Shown one piece after another: positions 1-6,871 of a DNA stretch of 7,772 bases. The notes below the pieces were generated by a model. It was not told where the DNA came from. It worked only from the letters and a program-made list of their open reading frames with translations, and did no database searches. Origin of the DNA: Vitrella brassicaformis CCMP3155 (lineage: Eukaryota > Protista > Chromerida); the NCBI GenBank assembly GCA_001179505.1, contig CDMY01000968.1, positions 1 to 7,772 of the forward strand, read 5' to 3'. Numbering within the stretch: the first letter of the stretch is position 1; the number at the start of each line of letters is the position of its first letter. The position numbers were made by a program, and so were the translations under genes.

Positions 1-270
1 AACGAGTTCAACGAGCTTTATCAGAAGACGCGCACGCGCAAATCGGAGTCAGAAGCGGTGGAGCTGTTCATTGACGGCCTGCTGCCTGACCTGAGGGACA
101 AGATATATGACAAAGACAGCGACCCCAGCACATTCAGCACCGTCAGAGAACTCGGACTGAGTGCGGAAGTATGGCTTTTGCGGACACGCAAACGCGGCAA
201 CAGCCACAACGAAGAAGACAGCGATGCCGAGAGGACGAGACCGTCAAAAAGCGCACGGATGCAGCCCTGA
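1..270 (+). CDS. gag: Gag, C-terminal part (5'-partial; frame 1 is open from base 1 to TGA at 268-270)
   Basis: Reads NEFNELYQKTRTRKSESEAVELFIDGLLPDLRDKIYDKDSDPSTFSTVRELGLSAE, matching the retrotransposon capsid C-terminal pattern F..GL...++..+....P.T+..+...A...E. Confidence 0.8.
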   Translation, partial: NEFNELYQKTRTRKSESEAVELFIDGLLPDLRDKIYDKDSDPSTFSTVRELGLSAEVWLLRTRKRGNSHNEEDSDAERTRPSKSARMQP

Positions 271-2377
271 ATGTACAGGCACTCGAGAAACAGGGCGATC
301 CCGATTCTGTGGATATTGTCGATACGAGAAGTACCACCAACCTGATACAACCTGACCACCATATCCCGGCGGCTGGGCCAAGGGACCGCCAGAGGGCCGT
401 AGAGCATCTTGGCGATTTGCAGAGTGTAAAAGAGCATCTTGGCGATTGTCAGAGGGCCACAGCGCATCTTGACAATTGTCGGAAAGCCAAAGAGCCTCTT
501 GACAAGAACTTGGTGTCCGGGTCGGAAGGACCTTTGGGTGCATTGGACAAGCGATTGTGCAACCCCCCTAATATGGCACACCCTGATGCATCAGCGGGCG
601 CGGATAGAAGTCAAGGACAGCCAGTTATGGGATACGCGGGTCTCGCGAGTAGGCTCGGAGGTACCGGTGGCGGTGGGCAGCCACTGATGATAACTGGCGA
701 AGGGCAGGAGCTGGACGGGGCTAGTTCCGCCGAAAACCCCGACGGCGGCAAACGAGAAGGAGGGACGCCTTCTTCCTCGGATGTCGTGCATGGCGGTAGG
801 CGAAGAGATGGGACGCCTTCTTCTTCGCATGCCGTCACGTCGCTGGGCCCACCAGTGACGGAGTGGAAAACGGATGGTCATGTTGTACGTCAGGATGTGT
901 ACAACGCAGTATGTAGCGGAGGCAATCAGGCTCCTACAGCTGCATGGAAGGAACGCCACACTGAGATTGTGCGAGGTGTGCGTTGGCAGACATTCGTACC
1001 GATGAGAGTGAATGGGGTCTCATCTGAGGTGCTTGTTGATACTGGGGCTGACGTGAGCTTGATCAGCAAGACAATGCTCGATAAGCTGCGGGCCGAGGGG
1101 ATTAAAGACATAACGCTGACGCCGGCGCGTGTGAAGCTGAGTATGCTGCATCATGCCGAGGCGACAGTGAAGAGCGTCGCAAAGGTTGCACTGTGGCCTG
1201 ATGGAGTCAAGGGAGCAGACACAAGCACGACGTGTTTGCGTCATCTTCTAGTGGAGTTTTGCGTTATTGATGGGCCGAAGAGTGTCATCTTACTTGGGGG
1301 AAAAGCCATTCGTGAGGAAGGCATCATTGTCGACTTCCAAATGGGCAAAGTGCGCATCACATCCCGACCAGAATGGCCACCTATAGACATACAAGAGCCG
1401 CAGATAGGGGAGGCAGATGGTTTTAGCATCACTGCGATTGGCGTAATTCGCTTGAAGCCACGCGCCGGGCACGACAAGACGAGTTGCCAGGTTCTCGTCA
1501 CTGCCAGGACGCCCATACCAGCCGGAAAAGAGACATGGGTGCGAGCGCGAGTGAGTGGAACTGAAGGCGAAGAAGGGGACATCATTCGTTTGATCGATCG
1601 TCCTGCTCTCACGTACCATGGTGGTGCCAGGCTTGCTGTCGCCAACCATATGCTGGAGGTCACGAAGGGTCGTCGTGTGTACGTAAGGCTTCGCAATGAA
1701 TCGCTGAAGAGGGCCGTGCTGCCAAGGAACTACCTGCTGGGGTATTTCGTCACATTGCCGAGCCTGGATGATGCGACTTCCCTAATGCAGACATCTGACA
1801 CAGCCAAACATCAAATAGCAGCACTAGGAATGGTTGACGACGACCTGCCAATGGCGATTGATACGATACCTGCTGAGATTGATCGAGAGCGCCTTGATCA
1901 CTTGATGGGGACTGCACCAGAGACAGAAGACGTCTGCAATTACCCAAATGCGAACGGCATCGAGCACAGCATTCATGTCGGCAAGGGCCTGACCGAGCAA
2001 CAGAAGAGACGGGCGATCGATATCATTCGAGAGACACAACAAACAGGGATTTTCTCAAAGGACAGCACTGACCTCGGTCATGTCGATCCGTCGTTGGGTG
2101 TGCATCGAATCTCTGTTAGCGGCAATCCGCCTTACATGAAACCACGGAAGCTGGCGCAGACGGAGTATGAGCAAGCCGTGAAGATAGTGAGTGACCTGGA
2201 GGCCAAAGGCATTGTCGAGCCTGCGGATTCCGAATACAATGCTGCGATTGTGATGGTCAAGAAGAAGGACGGCACTTGGCGTTTGTGTGTGGATTACCGA
2301 TGGCTGAACGAGATCACTGAGAAGTCCCGCTATGCTCCACCATTAATCGATCGATGTTTTGAATGCCTCCAAGGCAT
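171..2377 (+). CDS. pol: Pol segment 1: N-terminal spacer, aspartic protease, dUTPase-like domain, RT N-terminus. Frame 3 is open from 111, so the ATG at 171 may not be the real start
   Basis: Stop-free frame 3 from 111 to the first gap, containing VLVDTGADVSLIS and GIVEPADSEYNAAIVMVKKKDGTWRLCVDYRWLN. Confidence 0.93.
391..510 (+). repeat. Four imperfect 30-bp tandem repeats encoding a 10-aa repeat (RAVEHLGDLQ / SVKEHLGDCQ / RATAHLDNCR / KAKEPLDKNL)
   Basis: Units at 391, 421, 451 and 481 share the core agagcatcttggcgatt / agcgcatcttgacaatt / agagcctcttgacaa. Confidence 0.9.
744..839 (+). repeat. Two 48-bp tandem copies (GGKREGGTPSSSDVVH / GGRRRDGTPSSSHAVT)
   Basis: gggacgccttcttc occurs at 762 and 810; flanking similarity keeps the 48-nt period. 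Confidence 0.85.
987..1358 (+). other. Retropepsin-type aspartic protease domain
   Basis: MRVNG...VLVDTGADVSLIS with catalytic Asp codon at 1038-1040; C-terminal ILLGGKAIREEGIIVDF corresponds to the ILGxDFL motif. Confidence 0.9.
1485..1757 (+). other. Degenerate trimeric-dUTPase-like fold between protease and RT
   Basis: By-eye alignment to dUTPase consensus: IPAGKETWV~IPPGETVLV; IRLIDRPAL~GRIAPRSGL; VANHMLEVTKGRRVYVRLRN~VLNGVIDSDYRGEIKVLLFN; LPRNYLLGYFV~IEPGDRIAQLV. Catalytic motifs are not conserved. Confidence 0.55.
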
Positions 2378-2952
2378 NNNNNNNNNNNNNNNNNNNNNNN
2401 NNNNNNNNNNNNNNNNNNNNNNNNNNNNNNNNNNNNNNNNNNNNNNNNNNNNNNNNNNNNNNNNNNNNNNNNNNNNNNNNNNNNNNNNNNNNNNNNNNNN
2501 NNNNNNNNNNNNNNNNNNNNNNNNNNNNNNNNNNNNNNNNNNNNNNNNNNNNNNNNNNNNNNNNNNNNNNNNNNNNNNNNNNNNNNNNNNNNNNNNNNNN
2601 NNNNNNNNNNNNNNNNNNNNNNNNNNNNNNNNNNNNNNNNNNNNNNNNNNNNNNNNNNNNNNNNNNNNNNNNNNNNNGCTTCCTCGTCTCTGAGCACGGG
2701 CTGCAAGTTGATCCGAAGAAGATTGAAAAGATGGTCCACATGGCTGAGCCGACAGACAAGAAGGAAGTGAGGAGCATCCTAGGTGTCTTCCAGTTCTACA
2801 AACGATTTGTAGATGGCTATGCCGACTTGGCGAGGCCGCTTACTGACCTGACAAAGAAGAGCAACCCATTCGTGTGGGGAGAAAGAGAGAGGCGGGCATT
2901 CCAGTCACTGAAGGACAAGATGATTCAGGCACCTGTGTTGGCCTTGCCTGAT
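2208..2952 (+). other. Reverse transcriptase (core interrupted by N gap; the YxDD motif is hidden in the gap)
   Basis: Before gap: IVMVKKKDGTWRLCVDYRWLN and PPLIDRCFECLQG. After gap: FLVSEHGLQVDPKKIE, EVRSILGVFQFYKRFV, FVWGERERRAFQSLK...APVLALPD (thumb/connection). Confidence 0.92.
2378..2677. other. 300-N gap (placeholder)
   Basis: Exactly 300 N. Frame continuity needs a length of 2 mod 3, and a typical Gypsy RT needs roughly 115 codons here. Confidence 0.95.
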
Positions 2953-4518
2953 TTCAAGAAGCCATTCATTCTCAAGACGGACGCGAGCGGCTATGCGGTT
3001 GGCGCGATTCTCTGTCAGCGAGACTGCAACGGCAAGGAGAGACCGATCCACTATGCAAGTGCGATTCTCGGTGTCTCTGGGCGAAAGTGGTCAGCAACAG
3101 AAAGGGAGGCGCACGCCATCTACTATGCCGTTCGTCATTTCCGTCCGTACCTGTTCGGGCATCGATTTGAGCTGGTTTCGGATCATCAAGCATTGAGAGC
3201 GCTGCGATTCGCAGAGGAGGGCAACCGGAAGCTACAACGATGGTCGCTGATGTTGCAGGACTACGATTTTATCTTCCGTCATCGACCTGGGAAGGAGCAC
3301 ACAGACGTTGACGCGCTCTCGAGACCTCCTGGACAAGAAAACATGGGAGACATCCCTGCTTCGGTCGATGTGCATGAGTATCAACTCGGGGCAATTGACC
3401 TTGAGGCCATGGAGGATAGCCACTTGTTCCATCTTGACCAGACCATGGAGGCCCAGGACCAGTGTGCTGACGTCTCACGCGTGAAGGCGTACCTGGAGGC
3501 CAAGGACAACAACACAAGCAAAGGAGAGCTCGATCAGCTGCGTGACACCATTCCGAAATCATATTGGTCGAAGTTTGACGATGCTTGCCTACTGGATAGG
3601 CTGGTGAGAGTCGTGTCGAAGCACCAAGAGCATGGACCTGTGTTGCTGGTGCCCACGTCGCTGCGATTAGAGGCCATGAAGCTGCACCATCAACACCTCT
3701 TGGCTGGCCATCTGGCAATTGAGAGGGCTTACAAGCGCATGGCGCGAGAGTTCTACTGGCCAGGGATGTATGGCGACCTTCGCAAGCATATCGACGCTTG
3801 TCCAGCTTGCGAGAGCAAACGAAACCTGAGGACAAACAAGAGAGCGAGCATACAGATACCGCCAGTTGAGAGACCATTCCAGAGGGTGGCCATGGACTTC
3901 ATCGGTCCGTTTCAACCTTCAGAAGATGGCAATCAGTGGGCGCTTACCATCCAGGATGACTTCACGAAATTGCCAGAGGTTGAGTCTTTCCGCAGTGCAC
4001 CGACCGGTGAAGACACGGTTAAGGCAATCATCAGGGTCATCGCGAGACACGGAGTTCCGGAAGAGATCATCACCGACAATGGGAGCCACTTCGTCAACCA
4101 ATTGATGCATAAGGTGACGACCAGGCTGCGGATCAAACATACTCGGGCTTCACCGCTGCATCCACAAGGCAATGGGATGATTGAGCGTTTCAATCGCTCT
4201 CTGAAGGATGGCATTCGTCCGTACTTGGACAAGAAGCAGACGAACTGGGACAGGGCCATCCAGGTCTTCCTCTATGCGTACCGCACAACGGAGCACCAAT
4301 CCACCGGATTCACGCCTTTCAAAATGCTGACAGGGCGAGAGGCAGTCCATCCCGGCAGCACTGTGCGGCTCGTTGCCCTTAACGAGTCGGCAGGGAAGGA
4401 CATTGACCTGCAAGATGCCACCAAGCTGATAGTCGAGGGCATCCAAGCCATTCATGAGAAGGCCCGCGTGAACATGGATAGAGCCAAACAGCGAGTAGCT
4501 GCTCGTGAGAGGGATCTT
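2680..4518 (+). CDS. pol: Pol segment 2: RT thumb/connection, RNase H, integrase zinc finger and catalytic core
   Basis: Stop-free frame 1 across the whole block between gaps 1 and 2, with canonical Gypsy motifs. Confidence 0.95.
2953..3324 (+). other. Ty3/Gypsy RNase H domain
   Basis: FILKTDASGYAVGAIL (D at 2980), SATEREAHAI, LVSDHQAL (D at 3181), HTDVDALSR (D at 3310); all four acidic catalytic positions are present. Confidence 0.95.
3685..4518 (+). other. Integrase: HHCC zinc finger plus DDE core
   Basis: HHQHLLAGH...YWPGM...CPAC; RVAMDFIGP (D 3895), IITDNGSHF (D 4075), GNGMIERFN (E 4183). D-to-E spacing is 35 residues. Confidence 0.96.
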
Positions 4519-4818
4519 NNNNNNNNNNNNNNNNNNNNNNNNNNNNNNNNNNNNNNNNNNNNNNNNNNNNNNNNNNNNNNNNNNNNNNNNNNNNNNNNNN
4601 NNNNNNNNNNNNNNNNNNNNNNNNNNNNNNNNNNNNNNNNNNNNNNNNNNNNNNNNNNNNNNNNNNNNNNNNNNNNNNNNNNNNNNNNNNNNNNNNNNNN
4701 NNNNNNNNNNNNNNNNNNNNNNNNNNNNNNNNNNNNNNNNNNNNNNNNNNNNNNNNNNNNNNNNNNNNNNNNNNNNNNNNNNNNNNNNNNNNNNNNNNNN
4801 NNNNNNNNNNNNNNNNNN
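4519..4818. other. 300-N gap (placeholder)
   Basis: Exactly 300 N. Frame continuity needs a length of 1 mod 3. Confidence 0.95.
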
Positions 4819-4820
4819 AC

Positions 4821-5681
4821 AACCAGGTGCCCAGGGGCCTCAGTAAGAAAGCCATCTCACCTTGGCGGACAGTCGGCATCGTCGAGAAGAAGACGGGACC
4901 CGTCACATACAAGGTCCGTGTGTGCGGCGACCAGACGGCGAAAACCATCAATGTTGATCGACTGAAGGCATCCACACCGCCGTTGGGCGAATGCATCCAC
5001 GATGGAGCCTTTGAGGTGCCAGAAAGCCACCTGACGAGGGACAGGAGACAGACGGTATTCAATCAGGACGCATTCTTGTCGCCTGAACAAGAGGATACCT
5101 TGAAAGGCTTCGGGCTTGGAGAAGACCACATGCCGACACAGACGAGAGCATCATCAGTTGGAGCTGCGTTGGACCCGATGATGAATGATCCGCGTCTCAG
5201 GGACGTCGAGCCGGATGCACGATTTGAGAAGGGTGTTGAGCACGAAGTGGAAGCCATCGTTGGGAAGAGGATCCACAAGGGGCGTGTCCAATGCAAATGC
5301 AAATGGCGCTGGCATCCACTCTCGAGCGCGTCATGGGAGGACGAGAGCGACGTGCTCTGCAAACAACTTGTGCAGGACTACGAGAACCGTGACGTTGGCT
5401 CTGACCTGCGTTTCGATGATACGCCATTCCCGCCGTTGTACGCCATTGTGCGCGTGAGGCACTGCAAGGAGCTCAACCGCGAACACACCGTGAAGGTGAC
5501 TAAGCTTGACAAGGATGGCATCCAGCTGCATTACCTGAAGGAGCCGACACGCACAAAGCGGTCAAAGAAGGAGAGCCTCGTGGGCATGAAGAGTGCCATA
5601 TCGCTGGCCGACTTCCTTCGTTTTTACCAATGGGAGCGAGAGAGGGATGAGAACGAGGACGAACAGGGAGTGGAAGGCTGA
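4821..5681 (+). CDS. pol: Pol segment 3: integrase C-terminus with GPY/F-like module, linker, chromodomain and C-terminal extension; stop TGA at 5679-5681
   Basis: PRGLSKKAISPWRTVGIVEKKTGPVTYKV...INVDRLK matches the GPY/F (SH3-like) module pattern; the frame is open from the gap to the stop. Confidence 0.9.
   Translation, partial: NQVPRGLSKKAISPWRTVGIVEKKTGPVTYKVRVCGDQTAKTINVDRLKASTPPLGECIHDGAFEVPESHLTRDRRQTVFNQDAFLSPEQEDTLKGFGLGEDHMPTQTRASSVGAALDPMMNDPRLRDVEPDARFEKGVEHEVEAIVGKRIHKGRVQCKCKWRWHPLSSASWEDESDVLCKQLVQDYENRDVGSDLRFDDTPFPPLYAIVRVRHCKELNREHTVKVTKLDKDGIQLHYLKEPTRTKRSKKESLVGMKSAISLADFLRFYQWERERDENEDEQGVEG
5238..5384 (+). other. Chromodomain fused to integrase
   Basis: EHEVEAIVGKRIHKGRVQCKCKWRWHPLSSASWEDESDVLCKQLVQDYE aligns with consensus YEVEKILDKR..KGKVEYLVKWKGY...ENTWEPEENL.C..LI.EFE. 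Confidence 0.88.
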
Positions 5682-6059
5682 ACGACAGGCCGCCGCTGCA
5701 CTGGTTCTTTGCTGAAAGTGCTGTTTTCCTCTGGGGGCCTGCCCCCCGCTGCATGCGCATGTAGTTTACATGCGGATAGGATTTCTGTGGCTGCTTTCGC
5801 CAGAGACGAGGACTCCCATGCCTAGAAAGGGTGCTGCTCAGCAGCCGGTTTTCATCTCCAACCACCAGAACACTGAGGGACGGTCATTGATGGGTTGGGC
5901 CGTACCGAAGGCGAGGCAGACAAGGAGTTTTTGCTACTGACTGTAGGTTTTCTCCTTCCTTGTCGTGTATTGTAATGTATTTACTGTGTATTTTCATCAG
6001 AGAGGCATTGATGTGTCATCCTCGTAGATAGGACGGGTGCTGCTCGGAGCTCAGCACTC

Positions 6060-6072
6060 GAAGGGAGGGAAA
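6060..6072 (+). promoter_or_regulatory. Polypurine tract (plus-strand primer)
   Basis: gaagggagggaaa (13 purines), downstream of the pol stop and immediately followed by TGTTG. Confidence 0.75.
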
Positions 6073-6318
6073 TGTTGCAGGGTGCAAGGAATGACACATC
6101 AATCATGAGTCTGTCATGAGGAAAGTGGTGCCTTGCGTGCATGTTGTGGTGTATATCGCTGCGCTGATGAAGGGAGGGAAGATCCCTCATCGCCGGTGAT
6201 TCGTCACTCCATCAGCGCACGAGCACTTTTTGGGTTACTGTCTGGGGGTGCACTGTCTGCCTTCACTCCTCTGGGTCTGTATGATTCGTGTATGTGTATG
6301 TGCTCATGTATATGAATG
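6073..6318 (+). repeat. Probable 3' LTR, 5' part (U3); end not visible
   Basis: Starts with TG directly after the PPT. No second LTR copy is in the window to confirm it, and no clear CAACA terminus appears after the gap. Confidence 0.62.
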
Positions 6319-6618
6319 NNNNNNNNNNNNNNNNNNNNNNNNNNNNNNNNNNNNNNNNNNNNNNNNNNNNNNNNNNNNNNNNNNNNNNNNNNNNNNNNNN
6401 NNNNNNNNNNNNNNNNNNNNNNNNNNNNNNNNNNNNNNNNNNNNNNNNNNNNNNNNNNNNNNNNNNNNNNNNNNNNNNNNNNNNNNNNNNNNNNNNNNNN
6501 NNNNNNNNNNNNNNNNNNNNNNNNNNNNNNNNNNNNNNNNNNNNNNNNNNNNNNNNNNNNNNNNNNNNNNNNNNNNNNNNNNNNNNNNNNNNNNNNNNNN
6601 NNNNNNNNNNNNNNNNNN
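6319..6618. other. 300-N gap, probably covering part or all of the remaining 3' LTR
   Basis: Exactly 300 N, 246 nt after the putative LTR start. Confidence 0.9.
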
Positions 6619-6621
6619 CAG

Positions 6622-6660
6622 GAGAGACCGTTGAAGACAGCCCAGCGGCAACGGTCTCTC
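6622..6660. repeat. Perfect 12-bp inverted repeat with 15-nt spacer
   Basis: gagagaccgttg (6622-6633) and caacggtctctc (6649-6660) are exact reverse complements. Confidence 0.9.
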
Positions 6661-6871
6661 GGTCTTTTTCTTGCGCTTGCGCCTTCCTTATTCCGACTGG
6701 TTGACCTTTGTGCGTTGCTTCGTTTCCCCGTTTCATGCTTGGTTGAGCATCGGACAGTCCTTTCTATTATCGGTGTATGTTTACGGACGCTCACAGCGAC
6801 TGATATCTTCATCGTCGGTCACTCTCACTCAACCACAGCGAAGATCTTCACCACCAAGCCAATCCGCCTCG

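Larger units (their letters stand above)
1..6318 (+). mobile_element. Ty3/Gypsy (Metaviridae) LTR retrotransposon, chromodomain-containing; 5' end lies outside the window, 3' end in or just beyond the third N gap
   Basis: Gypsy domain order gag-PR-RT-RH-IN-chromodomain with recognisable motifs (LVDTGA, RLCVDYRWLN, TDAS, HHCC, D-D35-E), then a PPT directly followed by TG. Confidence 0.96.

Noticed and set aside
246-252. A-AAA-AGC as a canonical -1 slippery heptamer
   Set aside because: It does not fit X-XXY-YYZ (only five As) and I see no clear downstream pseudoknot; kept only as an alternative in the junction finding.
391-510. 30-bp periodic repeats as a CRISPR array
   Set aside because: The units are contiguous with no unique spacers, are in-frame coding, and there are no cas genes.
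1287-1310. Protease ILLGGKAI lacking the usual G-x-D/N as a sign of inactivation
   Set aside because: The catalytic DTG is intact and this motif varies among retropepsins; it cannot be judged without an alignment.
2359-2777. ORFs spanning the N gaps (e.g. 2314-2739, 2343-2777, 4379-5062, 6204-6812, 6316-6912) and apparent pol frameshifts across gaps
   Set aside because: Artefacts of translating Ns; the gap lengths are placeholders.
21-4455. Many minus-strand and alternate-frame ORFs overlapping gag/pol (e.g. 21-581, 1241-1696, 3269-3877)
   Set aside because: Shadow ORFs expected opposite GC-rich coding sequence; no recognisable motifs.
5500-5865. 121-aa antisense ORF near the 3' end, as a possible extra or env-like gene
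   Set aside because: Half of it overlaps pol antisense, with no signal peptide, transmembrane segment or protein-like composition.
6622-6675. Hairpin plus T-run as a bacterial rho-independent terminator
   Set aside because: The context is eukaryotic (spliced gene, LTR element), the loop is long, and the T-run is not adjacent to the stem.
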